64,000 bases of DNA from an uncultured Flavobacteriaceae bacterium (GCA_963722665.1 CAVRNW010000010.1:5761-69760), one strand, 5' to 3'; numbered from the stretch's first letter, positions 53,925 through 63,854 are shown. The notes: a model not told the origin generated them from the sequence alone. Numbers and translations: made by a program.

Positions 53925-54633
53925 ATTTGGGATCAACACATTCCATTTTACTCGATGCCATTTCAGATACAGGAGCTGGAGAGATATAAGGTATTCCCAG
54001 ACCAAGTCCCCTTAAAACAAAAAGTAGCCCTATTATAACAACAAATAGCGGAATCGCTTTTTGAATTTTATTTCTTACTACACCGCTTAAAAACCTGCTA
54101 AAATAAATTGCCGTGGTCATTAATGGAATTGTGCCTAATCCAAATACGAACATATATAAGCTGCCTTTTAAGGCACTACCGGCAGCTATTGCAGCGAACA
54201 GTGCCATGTAAACCAATCCGCAAGGTAGAAATCCGTTCAGAAAACCAATAGTTAAAAAGGTGTCCGGTGATTTTTTCTTTAGTTCTTTACCCAAAGCCGA
54301 TTTAACTTTTGAAATGAAACGGTAAATGGGCTTTGAAAAATTATATTTATTAAATGTTTGATAAGGTATTAAAACTGCAACGATCATAATTAGGCCTATT
54401 ACAATTGATAGTTGTTGCTGCAATCCAAATATATAAAGTCCTTTGCCCACCAGGCCAAAAACCAAACCAATTAAACTGTAGGTAAGCAGTCTGCCAAAGT
54501 GGTATAGAGAAATTTGGATAACCTTTTTAAATGAATTTTTCCGATCAACCGGTAACATAAAAGCAATGGGGCCGCACATTCCAACGCAATGAAAGCTTCC
54601 TAATAGACCTAAAACCAGAGCGGATAAAAGCAT
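53923..54633 (-). CDS. TauE/SafE-like (DsbD_2-type) membrane protein at the end of the cbb3 cluster
   Basis: LGLLGSFHCVGMCGPIAF near the N-terminus and GFLPCGLVY in the middle; 6-7 TM. Confidence 0.55.
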   Translation of the reverse strand: MLLSALVLGLLGSFHCVGMCGPIAFMLPVDRKNSFKKVIQISLYHFGRLLTYSLIGLVFGLVGKGLYIFGLQQQLSIVIGLIMIVAVLIPYQTFNKYNFSKPIYRFISKVKSALGKELKKKSPDTFLTIGFLNGFLPCGLVYMALFAAIAAGSALKGSLYMFVFGLGTIPLMTTAIYFSRFLSGVVRNKIQKAIPLFVVIIGLLFVLRGLGLGIPYISPAPVSEMASSKMECVDPK

Positions 54634-54637
54634 ATTT

Positions 54638-55084
54638 TCAATATACTATTGATTTCTTAAGTAAGTAAGATTTACCTTGATATTCCCAATCGATTTTAAG
54701 GTTCCACCGACCATCTAACAATTGAGATTTTGGTATGAGCATTTCGTGATTAGATAAAGAAATAGTTGTGTCTGAATCTAATTCTTTATTAGATGGCCTG
54801 TAGAGGTAGACTTTACCGTTTATTTGTGAGTAATCCAGCCCTTCAGGAAAACTAATAACCATTCCATCAATAGTTTTGGCCCAGGTCACATTTTGGTTCA
54901 AAGCTTTAGAATTGGATTCCTTATCTATTTCCTTTTGATGGAGCAGTTCTTCTTTATAATAGTCTTCTGTTACCAGATCGTGTTCGTATTTTTTATTTGT
55001 GCTCATGTTAATAACGAAATACATGATGAATGTTATAAAAGCTGCAAATGCGATAACGATTCCAGTTCCCCAATTGATCTTCAT
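54638..55084 (-). CDS. ccoH: FixH/CcoH-family cbb3 oxidase assembly protein
   Basis: MKINWGTGIVIAFAAFITFIMYFV (N-terminal TM), then a beta-rich periplasmic domain. It sits directly after ccoG. Confidence 0.6.
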   Translation of the reverse strand: MKINWGTGIVIAFAAFITFIMYFVINMSTNKKYEHDLVTEDYYKEELLHQKEIDKESNSKALNQNVTWAKTIDGMVISFPEGLDYSQINGKVYLYRPSNKELDSDTTISLSNHEMLIPKSQLLDGRWNLKIDWEYQGKSYLLKKSIVY

Positions 55085-55096
55085 AAATATTTTATT

Positions 55097-56518
55097 TTAA
55101 TTATAACTTCTTGGTCCTAAAAAGCTTACAGTAGTTGTTTCTATTAATTTATCACCACTGTAAACAGCAATCTCCAATTTATTTCTGTCTCCGGTCAAGG
55201 CCGAATTATTTATTTCAATGAACAAAGTGCCTTCAGCTAATCCTTGTTCAGGTACTACAAAACTGTCTTCTGAAACCAATTTAATTGTTCCTTTATGTGA
55301 TGTTAACTTAAAGGTTACATTAATTATATCTTCAGTTGTTTTATTGACCAGTTTATAGGTATAGACATTGCTAATGATATTATTATCTTTGTGCTCATAT
55401 AATTGTCCCGGCAATCTTAATACCCGTGCCTCTACATCATTTCTCAAAAATAACATACTGGTCAATACTCCTGTCAAAATGATCAATACCACAATATAAC
55501 CAATTATTCTTGCAGTAAATTTGAAAGGCTCTTTCTTTATAATATTATCTTCACTGGCATATCTTATCAATCCCAAAGGTAAACCTACTTTTTCCATGAT
55601 ATCGTCACACTCATCAATACAAGCTGTGCAGTTTATGCATTCCAGTTGTGTTCCATTTCTTATATCGATATTTGTTGGACAAACATGAACGCACTGTTTA
55701 CAGTCAATACAATCACCATATCCCAATTCTTCTCTATTCTCATTATTGCGCCATTTCTTTCTGCCGTTAACACTTTCACCTCGTTTATGGTCATATGCTA
55801 CTACAATGGATTTTGTATCCAAAAGTACACCTTGCAATCTCCCATAAGGACAGGCTATGATGCAGACCTGTTCCCTAAATGAATTAAAAATAAAAAAGAA
55901 AATGGCTGTAAATATTATTAATGGAAACAGTGTGCCCAAATGCTGTGAAGGGCCATCTGTTATGTATTGAGCTAATTTGTCACTACCAATGAGATAGGCT
56001 AAAAACACATTGGATATTAAAAATGAAATAATAAGAAATAGTGTCCATTTTAACAGTCTTTTTCTAATTTTTTCTGCACCCCAAGCCTGTCTATCGAGTT
56101 TCATTTGTTTAGGTCTGTCTCCATCTATCCAGAATTCGATTCTTCGGAAAACCATTTCCATAAAAATAGTTTGAGGACAGATCCATCCGCAGAATATTCT
56201 GCCAAATACCACTGTAAATAATGTGATGAAAATGACACCAATGATCATGGATATCACAAATAAATGGAAGTCTTGAGGCCAAAACGGATAACTAAAAATA
56301 TTAAAACGCCTTTCAAGGACGTTGAATAATAAAAATTGATTACCGTTAATTTTAATAAAAGGGGAAGCTATTAAGAATGCAAGTAGAACATAGCTTACTA
56401 ACTTTCTGTATTTATAAAATTTCCCACTTGGTTTTTTAGGATAAACCCAAGCCCTTTTACCTTCTTTATCTATTGTACCAATCGAATCCCGAAAAGATTC
56501 ATTTGAAGGTGCTTCCAA
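55097..56518 (-). CDS. ccoG: Cytochrome c oxidase accessory protein CcoG (FixG), polyferredoxin-like
   Basis: ESFRDSIGTIDKEGKRAWVYPKKPSGKFYKYRK, CGWICPQT, and the two 4Fe-4S motifs CIDCKQCVHVCP and CINCTACIDEC. The only in-frame start is TTG. Confidence 0.85.
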   Translation of the reverse strand: MEAPSNESFRDSIGTIDKEGKRAWVYPKKPSGKFYKYRKLVSYVLLAFLIASPFIKINGNQFLLFNVLERRFNIFSYPFWPQDFHLFVISMIIGVIFITLFTVVFGRIFCGWICPQTIFMEMVFRRIEFWIDGDRPKQMKLDRQAWGAEKIRKRLLKWTLFLIISFLISNVFLAYLIGSDKLAQYITDGPSQHLGTLFPLIIFTAIFFFIFNSFREQVCIIACPYGRLQGVLLDTKSIVVAYDHKRGESVNGRKKWRNNENREELGYGDCIDCKQCVHVCPTNIDIRNGTQLECINCTACIDECDDIMEKVGLPLGLIRYASEDNIIKKEPFKFTARIIGYIVVLIILTGVLTSMLFLRNDVEARVLRLPGQLYEHKDNNIISNVYTYKLVNKTTEDIINVTFKLTSHKGTIKLVSEDSFVVPEQGLAEGTLFIEINNSALTGDRNKLEIAVYSGDKLIETTTVSFLGPRSYN

Positions 56519-56537
56519 TGTCTAAGATTTTAAAAAT

Positions 56538-57488
56538 TTAATTCATAGCTACAGAAGTACTGTCTGTTACAGTTTCGTTGGAATCAGGTTGGGTTGATTG
56601 ATCGGTTGGTTGTTCTTGTTTATCTGGATCTATCCAAATATCTCCTTCAGCAGCCTTAGGATTAGCTGGTGTAGTGCCTTGAAATGAAAGTACATAACTT
56701 GCAACTTGCGCCATTTCCAAAGGTTTTAGAGTTGCTTTCCAGGATATCATTCCTTTTCCGTCTCTACCTCCCTCAACAAGGGTTCTAAAAACGTTTTTAA
56801 TGCCACCTCCCAGGATCCAGTGGTTATCAGTTAAGTTTGGTCCAATACCACCTCCACCGTCGGCCATATGGCAAGCAACACAGTTTGTTTCAAAAATGCT
56901 TTTTCCTGCAGACAGATCAGAGGCATCTGTAAGCAAAGTTACAGTATTGATATCCACTAAATCCTTTGCATTTTTTTTGTATTCTTCTATATCTAGTTGG
57001 GCTTGAGCCATTTCCATTTCAAATTCTTTTGCTTGATCCGGACCTTCAAAAATGTGATATCGAACTAAATATACAGCCGCGAAAATAATTGAAGCATAAA
57101 AAGAATACAACCACCAGGGTGGCAATGAATTATCCAGCTCTTTAATACCATCGTAGTTGTGGTCGAGAATGATCTCTCCTTCTTCTTCAATTGGTTTTGA
57201 TCCAATTAATTTTTTGTATGTGTTCATGATCCAGTTAGAGCGCTTTTTCTCTTGCAGGAATCTTGCTTTTGCTTTTTCGTCCAGGCTTTGAAGCATCACA
57301 TTCTCGAGTGCTCCAAGTATAGCTTCAATACCGATTAATAACAATAGAACTAAAAGTAAAAACAATATAACAGCCGGATGTTTTATAAATGCTGGTTGAT
57401 CTCCAGACTCAATAAAATATTCTACAAGGCCAAAGATTACAAAAAATATAACGGGCACTCTAACATATGATGGAATCGAATTTCTCAT
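56538..57488 (-). CDS. ccoP: cbb3-type cytochrome c oxidase subunit III (CcoP-like), monoheme form with extended N-terminal TM region and a low-complexity tail
   Basis: DHNYDGIKELDNSLPPWW (FixP N-terminal motif) and a single CxxCH (CVACH). The tail is DPDKQEQPTDQSTQPDSNETVTDSTS. Confidence 0.8.
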   Translation of the reverse strand: MRNSIPSYVRVPVIFFVIFGLVEYFIESGDQPAFIKHPAVILFLLLVLLLLIGIEAILGALENVMLQSLDEKAKARFLQEKKRSNWIMNTYKKLIGSKPIEEEGEIILDHNYDGIKELDNSLPPWWLYSFYASIIFAAVYLVRYHIFEGPDQAKEFEMEMAQAQLDIEEYKKNAKDLVDINTVTLLTDASDLSAGKSIFETNCVACHMADGGGGIGPNLTDNHWILGGGIKNVFRTLVEGGRDGKGMISWKATLKPLEMAQVASYVLSFQGTTPANPKAAEGDIWIDPDKQEQPTDQSTQPDSNETVTDSTSVAMN

Positions 57489-57673
57489 AATGAATTATCT
57501 TGATTTTGATTGTCTAATGGTAAATTACTAACAGTATCTATATATTCTTTTTTGGCAGTATAGACCCACCAGAAAAGAACAATAAAGAATATAAAGAATA
57601 TAAGTAAGGAAATAATAGGATAGATTTCAACACCTTCTATACTTTCCATATAATGTTTTACAAATTTTAGCAT
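57485..57673 (-). CDS. ccoQ: CcoQ/FixQ-like small membrane subunit
   Basis: 62 aa with a single TM (IYPIISLLIFFIFFIVLFWWVY), located between ccoNO and ccoP. Confidence 0.55.
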   Translation of the reverse strand: MLKFVKHYMESIEGVEIYPIISLLIFFIFFIVLFWWVYTAKKEYIDTVSNLPLDNQNQDNSL

Positions 57674-57680
57674 AACTAAA

Positions 57681-59879
57681 TTAATTTTGAACTGTAGACG
57701 GCTCTACATTTTTAACTTTAATATCTGTACCTAGTCGCTGTAAATAAGCTATCATAGCAACTATTTCTCTATTTCGCATTTCAATAAATTCCTCATTATT
57801 TTCGGCAGCATATGTCTTATTATTTTCATAGGCGCTTGCGAAATCAGGATCATTGTAAAGGTTCTTTTCAATTAAAGTTCCTTGTTCCATCATATTGTTT
57901 TGAGCATTCGCTATCTCTTCATCTGTATAAGGAACTCCTAATTTAACCATAATTCTCATTTTTGCCTCCGTATCAGATTTATCCAATTCATTTTCAATTA
58001 ACCATTGATAACGCGGCATTATAGAACCGGAAGACGTACTCTGTGGATCATAAAAATGGTTTAAATGCCAGTTATCTGAATACTTCCCACCAATTCTATG
58101 TAAATCTGGCCCCGTTCGTTTACTTCCCCACAAGAATGGATGGTCGTATACATATTCTCCAGCCTTTGAATACTCTCCGTAACGTTCTACTTCACTTCTA
58201 AAAGGTCTAACCATTTGAGAGTGGCAGTTGTTGCAGCCTTCACGTATATAAATATCTCTACCTTCTAACTCCAAAGGACTATAAGGCTGAACACTGGAAA
58301 TAGTCGGTATATTAGATTTTATCATTATGGTTGGGACAATTTGTACAATACCGCCTATTGAGATAGCTATTAAGGAATAAATAGTAAGTTTTACAGGTTT
58401 ACGCTCAAGAACGCTATGCCAGCCTTCTCCTGCAATTCTACCTTTAGAGATACGTTGTAAAGCAGGAGCTTCTGCTAATTCATCTTCAACTACGCTTCCT
58501 GACCGAATAGTAACGATTACATTATAGACCAAAATAAGCGTTCCGGTTAAATATAAAGTACCTCCTATGGCACGCATCCAATACATTGGAATGATCTCTG
58601 AAACAGTTTCTAAGAAGTTTCCATATACCAGAGTTCCATCAGGATTAAATTGTTTCCACATACTGGCTTGAGTAAATCCAGCCACATACATTGGTAAGGC
58701 ATACATAATGATACCCAATGTACCTATCCAGAAATGCAGATTTGCCAATGGCACCGAATGTAATTTTGTTTTAAATAACCTTGGCACTAACCAATAGATC
58801 ATACCAAAAGCCATGAAGCCATTCCATGCCAAAGCTCCAACGTGCACATGAGCAATGATCCAATCGGTATAGTGAGCAATAGCATTTACGTTTTTAAGTG
58901 CAAGCATCGGGCCTTCAAAAGTTGCCATTCCATAACCGGTAATAGCAACTACCATAAATTTTAAAACAGGATCAACTCTTACTTTGTCCCAGGCACCTCT
59001 AAGAGTAAGAAGTCCGTTGATCATTCCTCCCCAAGAAGGCATAATAAGCATTATTGAAAATGCAACTCCTAAGTTCTGTGCCCAATCAGGTAAAGCTGTG
59101 TATAGCAAATGATGAGGCCCAGCCCATATATAAATGAAAATTAAAGACCAAAAGTGAACAATAGATAATCTATAAGAATATACTGGTCTGTTAGCTGCTT
59201 TCGGAACAAAATAATACATTAAACCTAAAAAAGGTGTTGTTAAGAAGAATGCGACAGCATTGTGTCCATACCACCATTGAACCAAGGCATCTTGAACTCC
59301 TGCGTACACAGAATAACTCTTCAATGCTGTAACCGGTAATTCAAGACTATTAAAAATATGAAGAACAGCAACGGTTACGAAAGTTGCAATATAAAACCAG
59401 ATAGCAACATATAAGTGACGTTGTCTTCTTTTTAGCATTGTGCCTATCAGGTTCCATCCAAAAACGACCCAAATTAATGCAATAGCGATATCAAATGGCC
59501 ATTCCAATTCAGCGTATTCCTTTGATGTTGTAAATCCCAGGGGTAAGGTAATTGCAGCTCCAACAATAATTAATTGCCAACCCCAAAAGTTGATCTTACT
59601 TAAAATGTCATTGAACATTCTGGCTTTTAATAATCGCTGAGTAGAATAATAAACTCCCGCAAAAATGGCATTACCTACAAATGCAAAAATCACTGCATTT
59701 GTATGTAATGGTCTTAATCGGCCAAAACTTAACCATGAAATACCATCTGTTAAATTAGGGAACAAAAACATGAAGGCAAGAATTAATCCTACCGACATAC
59801 CTACAACTCCCCAGAGTATTGTTGCATAAATAAAGTTTTTTACGATCTTGTTATCGTAATGAAATTGCTGCATTTCCAT
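57681..59879 (-). CDS. ccoNO: cbb3-type cytochrome c oxidase, fused subunits I and II (CcoN-CcoO)
   Basis: 732 aa. The N-terminal ~470 aa is a 12-TM heme-copper oxidase core (HFWSLIFIYIWAGPHH, AHVHVGALAWNG). The C-terminal ~230 aa has a TM plus the CcoO heme site CNNCHSQMVRP. Confidence 0.9.
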   Translation of the reverse strand: MEMQQFHYDNKIVKNFIYATILWGVVGMSVGLILAFMFLFPNLTDGISWLSFGRLRPLHTNAVIFAFVGNAIFAGVYYSTQRLLKARMFNDILSKINFWGWQLIIVGAAITLPLGFTTSKEYAELEWPFDIAIALIWVVFGWNLIGTMLKRRQRHLYVAIWFYIATFVTVAVLHIFNSLELPVTALKSYSVYAGVQDALVQWWYGHNAVAFFLTTPFLGLMYYFVPKAANRPVYSYRLSIVHFWSLIFIYIWAGPHHLLYTALPDWAQNLGVAFSIMLIMPSWGGMINGLLTLRGAWDKVRVDPVLKFMVVAITGYGMATFEGPMLALKNVNAIAHYTDWIIAHVHVGALAWNGFMAFGMIYWLVPRLFKTKLHSVPLANLHFWIGTLGIIMYALPMYVAGFTQASMWKQFNPDGTLVYGNFLETVSEIIPMYWMRAIGGTLYLTGTLILVYNVIVTIRSGSVVEDELAEAPALQRISKGRIAGEGWHSVLERKPVKLTIYSLIAISIGGIVQIVPTIMIKSNIPTISSVQPYSPLELEGRDIYIREGCNNCHSQMVRPFRSEVERYGEYSKAGEYVYDHPFLWGSKRTGPDLHRIGGKYSDNWHLNHFYDPQSTSSGSIMPRYQWLIENELDKSDTEAKMRIMVKLGVPYTDEEIANAQNNMMEQGTLIEKNLYNDPDFASAYENNKTYAAENNEEFIEMRNREIVAMIAYLQRLGTDIKVKNVEPSTVQN

Positions 59880-59888
59880 ATTGATTAG

Positions 59889-60098
59889 TTATTTTTCTTT
59901 TTTGGTTTGTATTGATTCTTTAGTAGTTTGTATTGATTGTTTTGGTTTTTCTTTGACCAATTCATCTTCGAAAAGCATTCTGATGGAGGGAGTGTAGCTG
60001 TCATCGTATTGCCCGTTTTTTATTGATAAAATAAATGCAATAAAAAACCCGACTGCTACAATTAAACTAATTGTAAGTAGTAAATAAATAACGCTCAT
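59889..60098 (-). CDS. ccoS: cbb3 oxidase maturation protein CcoS (FixS)
   Basis: MSVIYLLLTISLIVAVGFFIAFILSIKNGQYDD is the typical CcoS sequence. Confidence 0.8.
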   Translation of the reverse strand: MSVIYLLLTISLIVAVGFFIAFILSIKNGQYDDSYTPSIRMLFEDELVKEKPKQSIQTTKESIQTKKEK

Positions 60099-60170
60099 AC
60101 CCTAAAAAAATAAAGTTCCAAAAATACCTTTGATGTAAACCCAAAAAAATGATAAATATCATATTTTTAG

Positions 60171-62552
60171 TTAAAAATTATTCTTAAGCCTTTTACCTAG
60201 AAAATTAGTACTCGCAGTTGTGAAAACCACAATACTAATTGAGCTAAGAGGCATTAAAATCGCTGCAACTACAGGAGATAATTGTCCTGTTACTGCAAAA
60301 TACAATCCCAATATATTATATATAAATGATAATACAAAACTTAATTTAATGACCTTAATCGCTGATTTAGAAATATTTAAAAACCCCCATAATTTGGTAA
60401 ATTGTTTAGAATCTAAAATGGCATCGCAAGCAGGGGAAAACACATTTATATTTTCTGAAATGGCAACACCTACATTACTTTGCGCCAAAGCTCCGGCATC
60501 ATTCAGCCCATCACCAATCATAAGAACTGATTCTCCTTCCTTTTGAAGTGATTTTATATAGTTGAGTTTATCTTCTGGTTTTTGATTGAAATAATAGGAT
60601 GTATGTTTTGGTAAAATGTCTTTTAAATATTCCATTTCCCCTTCATTATCGCCAGACAATATTACTAAATTATATCGTGTTGATAATTTTCTGAATAAAG
60701 GGACCAGGCCTTCTCTATAAATATTCTTAAAGACAAATTTACCCTTGTAAATATTATTGGAACTTATATGGACCGAAGTATTCAAATGGTCATCAGCTTT
60801 ATTTTCACCAACAAACGATGCTGAACCGATTTTCATTTGTTTATTTTCATGAGTCGCCTGAATACCCATACCCATATGTTCTTCAAAACTGTCTAAAGTA
60901 AGGATGTCATTCTGTTTGAGTAGATTGTACAAAGCTCTGCTTAACGGATGATTGGATCCGCGTAAGGTGCTTTTTAAAAGTTCTTCTTCTTCCAAGGTCA
61001 AATCAATACCTTCATAAGTTATTGAGTTGGATTTGCTGGTTGTGATAGTTCCGGTCTTATCAAAAATAATAGTATCAATTTCAGCTAATTGCTCTAATGC
61101 TGAGGTGTTTTTTAAATAAAATTTATTCTTACCCAAAATCCGCAATAAATTCCCAAAAGTGAATGGAGCCGATAAGGCCAGTGCACAAGGGCAAGCAATG
61201 ATCAATACAGCTGTAAAAACATTTAAGGCAAGACTAGGATTATAAATCAGCCAATAAACTGTAGAAATAATTGCAATTGACAAAATGGTTACTGTAAACC
61301 GCTTACTAACATTATTTGTTAAGTTGGAGAATGTTTCTTCCTTATTAGCTTTAAAAATGTCATTACTCCAAAGTTGTGTCAAATAACTTTGTTCAACAGA
61401 TTTAAGGGCTTCCATTTCAATTACGCCGGCTGTTTGCTTTCCACCTGCAAAAATTTTATCGCCTGAATCCTTAAATACTACTGCAGATTCTCCAGTAACA
61501 AAACTATAATCTATTTGTGCATTTCCATTTATTAATATACCATCAACAGGAATTAATTCTTCGTTTCTTATGACTAACCTGTCACCCTTTTTTATATCGT
61601 AAACCTGAATATTTTCTTCCTTACCATTTACAATTTTTGTGATAGCAATAGGAAAGTATGATTTATAGTCACGCTCAAATGATAAGAAAGAATAAGTTCG
61701 TTGCTGAAAATATTTCCCTACCAACAAAAAGAAAACCAAACCGGTTAAACTGTCAAAAAATCCCGAACCCAGGTCAAAAATAATTTCAATAGTGCTTCTG
61801 ATGAATAAAACCGAAATACCTAAAGCTATAGGAACATCTATATTTAATAATTTAGCTCTAAGTCCTTTAAATGCAGATATAAAATAGTCTTGAGCTGCAT
61901 AAAACACAACAGGAATCGAAAATGCAAATATAAGCCAACGGAAAAAGTGCTTGTATTTGTCAATCCAAAATCCATCCACCTGAAAATATTCTGGGAACGA
62001 GAGGAACATGATATTTCCAAATGCGAATCCTGCAATTCCTAACTTGTAAAAAAGGGATCTGTTAATAATTATATTCTTTTTGTCAAAATCTTCCAGACTA
62101 ATGTTTGGCTCATAACCTATGGAAGACAATAATTTGACCAGCTCCTTTAAAGAATATGTGTTGGGATCAAATACAACTCGTACCGTTTTTTTGTTGAAAT
62201 TAACTTGAGAAGAGGAAATGGATTTATTTAATTTATTCAAATTTTCTAAGATCCAAATACACGAACTACAATGAACATGTGGAATATAAAGAGTAATTAT
62301 TTGAACTTTATCATCATTGAATTCCAATAATTTTTCCTTTATTTTCTCATTATCAAGAAAATCATATTTTCCTTCAATTTCAGATGGAATTGCTCCTGGA
62401 GCGTTTTGCAGGTCATAATAGCATGTGAGTTCGTTCTCTGAGAATATTTCATAAACCGTTTTACAGCCATTACAACAAAAATCTTTGTCATCGTAATTAA
62501 TTGTAACTGTATCACAATCGTTTCCGCAGTGATAACATGATTTATACTCCAT
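60171..62552 (-). CDS. ccoI: Copper-translocating P-type ATPase CcoI/FixI
   Basis: N-terminal Cys-rich CYHCGNDC..CCNGC, a HMA-like CSSC, the TM CPC motif (IACPCALALS), DKTGTIT, and the GDGLNDAGAL hinge. Confidence 0.85.
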   Translation of the reverse strand: MEYKSCYHCGNDCDTVTINYDDKDFCCNGCKTVYEIFSENELTCYYDLQNAPGAIPSEIEGKYDFLDNEKIKEKLLEFNDDKVQIITLYIPHVHCSSCIWILENLNKLNKSISSSQVNFNKKTVRVVFDPNTYSLKELVKLLSSIGYEPNISLEDFDKKNIIINRSLFYKLGIAGFAFGNIMFLSFPEYFQVDGFWIDKYKHFFRWLIFAFSIPVVFYAAQDYFISAFKGLRAKLLNIDVPIALGISVLFIRSTIEIIFDLGSGFFDSLTGLVFFLLVGKYFQQRTYSFLSFERDYKSYFPIAITKIVNGKEENIQVYDIKKGDRLVIRNEELIPVDGILINGNAQIDYSFVTGESAVVFKDSGDKIFAGGKQTAGVIEMEALKSVEQSYLTQLWSNDIFKANKEETFSNLTNNVSKRFTVTILSIAIISTVYWLIYNPSLALNVFTAVLIIACPCALALSAPFTFGNLLRILGKNKFYLKNTSALEQLAEIDTIIFDKTGTITTSKSNSITYEGIDLTLEEEELLKSTLRGSNHPLSRALYNLLKQNDILTLDSFEEHMGMGIQATHENKQMKIGSASFVGENKADDHLNTSVHISSNNIYKGKFVFKNIYREGLVPLFRKLSTRYNLVILSGDNEGEMEYLKDILPKHTSYYFNQKPEDKLNYIKSLQKEGESVLMIGDGLNDAGALAQSNVGVAISENINVFSPACDAILDSKQFTKLWGFLNISKSAIKVIKLSFVLSFIYNILGLYFAVTGQLSPVVAAILMPLSSISIVVFTTASTNFLGKRLKNNF

Positions 62553-62575
62553 GCTTAGAACCTATTTGATCGGAG

Positions 62576-62583
62576 CAAATATA
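62576..62583 (-). promoter_or_regulatory. Candidate -7 box (TATATTTG on the minus strand) for the cco cluster
   Basis: The reverse complement of CAAATATA matches TAnnTTTG, 23 nt upstream of the ccoI ATG. It overlaps an imperfect palindrome at 62564-62580. Confidence 0.3.
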
Positions 62584-62691
62584 TAAAAATGATCCAGTTA
62601 AGAGATGCAACTTTTATTACAATTGAAATATTCTTAAAACAGCGTTAATGAATTGATTTTTATTAATAAAAAACATTATTTTTATTGCGCT

Positions 62692-63846
62692 ATGAAAAAT
62701 ACTACATCGAGAAAAGGTTTTGTTTTCAAAAAATTTGAGGCGAAAAAACAATCGCCCTTTGAAAAACTCTTTGACATCTTTAAAGAGTTGATTACTCATA
62801 CTTCAGGTGATTTTGATGAAGCCATAGACTGGTTGAGGGAACTGGATAGGGAATACAAATTGACAGATGAGAATTACACGATTGAGGACTTCATAGAAGA
62901 CCTGAAAAACAAGGGATATATAAGGGAAGAGTTTGAGATAGAAGAAGGTGGCGAAGGAGAAGGTGATAAGGATGGTAAAGGGAAGTACAGTATTACCGCA
63001 AAAACGGAACGAGCCATAAGGAAACAAGCTTTGGATCAGATTTTTGGAAAGATAAAAAGAAGTGGCACAGGAAATCACAGAACAAAAAAGACCGGAATAG
63101 GAGATGAGCATACAGGTGATTTCAGAGGTTATCAATTTGGAGATTCTTTGGATAAAGTATCAATGACCGAAAGTTTAAAGAACGCACAAATCAATAATGG
63201 TATAGGAGAATTTAATATTACTGAATCTGATCTGGTGATTGAAGAAACAGCTCATAAAGCACAAATGAGTACTGTTTTAATGATAGATATTAGCCATAGT
63301 ATGATCTTGTATGGTGAAGATAGAATTACTCCGGCAAAGAAAGTGGCTATGGCTCTGGCAGAACTTATTACAACCAGATATCCTAAGGATACTCTAGACA
63401 TTTTGGTTTTTGGTAATGATGCATGGAGGATTGAAATAAAAGATCTGCCTTACCTGAAAGTAGGGCCTTATCACACAAACACCGTGGCAGGATTGCAATT
63501 GGCCATGGATCTGTTGCGCAGAAAACGAAATACCAACAAACAGATATTTATGATCACTGATGGTAAACCAAGTTGTTTGCGGCTTCCTGATGGTGATTAT
63601 TACAAAAACAGTAATGGGCTTGATCCATATATTATGAATAAATGCTATGCCATGGCTCAACAAGCCAGGAGACTTCATATTCCGATCACAACTTTTATGA
63701 TCACTGATGATAGTTATTTAATGCGATTTGTAAGAGAATTTACAAAAGCAAACAGGGGAAAAGCATTTTATACAGGATTGTCAGGTCTTGGGGAAATGAT
63801 CTTTGAAGATTACGAAAACAACAGAAAAAAAAGAATTAAGGGATAA
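62692..63846 (+). CDS. von Willebrand factor A (VWA) domain protein, CoxE/ChlD-like
   Basis: The C-terminal VWA domain has MIDISHSM (MIDAS DxSxS), IFMITDGKP and TFMITDD. The ATG at 62692 is preferred over the TTG at 62653. Confidence 0.7.
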   Translation: MKNTTSRKGFVFKKFEAKKQSPFEKLFDIFKELITHTSGDFDEAIDWLRELDREYKLTDENYTIEDFIEDLKNKGYIREEFEIEEGGEGEGDKDGKGKYSITAKTERAIRKQALDQIFGKIKRSGTGNHRTKKTGIGDEHTGDFRGYQFGDSLDKVSMTESLKNAQINNGIGEFNITESDLVIEETAHKAQMSTVLMIDISHSMILYGEDRITPAKKVAMALAELITTRYPKDTLDILVFGNDAWRIEIKDLPYLKVGPYHTNTVAGLQLAMDLLRRKRNTNKQIFMITDGKPSCLRLPDGDYYKNSNGLDPYIMNKCYAMAQQARRLHIPITTFMITDDSYLMRFVREFTKANRGKAFYTGLSGLGEMIFEDYENNRKKRIKG

Positions 63847-63854
63847 TAATAATT

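Noticed and set aside
60120-60165. An AT-only palindrome (AAAAATGAT-AAAT-ATCATATTTTT) between ccoI and ccoS as a terminator.
   Set aside because: The stem is made only of A-T pairs plus one G-C pair, and it sits inside what is most likely a single cco operon, so it is too weak to call.
62564-62580. An FNR/CRP-type box (TTGAT-N4-ATCAA) upstream of the cbb3 cluster.
   Set aside because: Only the left half-site TTGAT matches. The right half (GCAAA) matches 2 of 5 positions, and the site is too close to the start codon for a class II activator position. It is kept only as a generic palindrome.
13429-62691. tRNA or small structured RNA genes in the larger intergenic gaps (13429-13545, 18080-18270, 22350-22491, 29798-30061, 36305-36486, 49858-50103, 52786-23023).
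   Set aside because: All of these gaps are AT-rich, with no cloverleaf-compatible GC-rich stems and no T-loop GGTTCGAATCC-like motif. They look like promoter and terminator regions.
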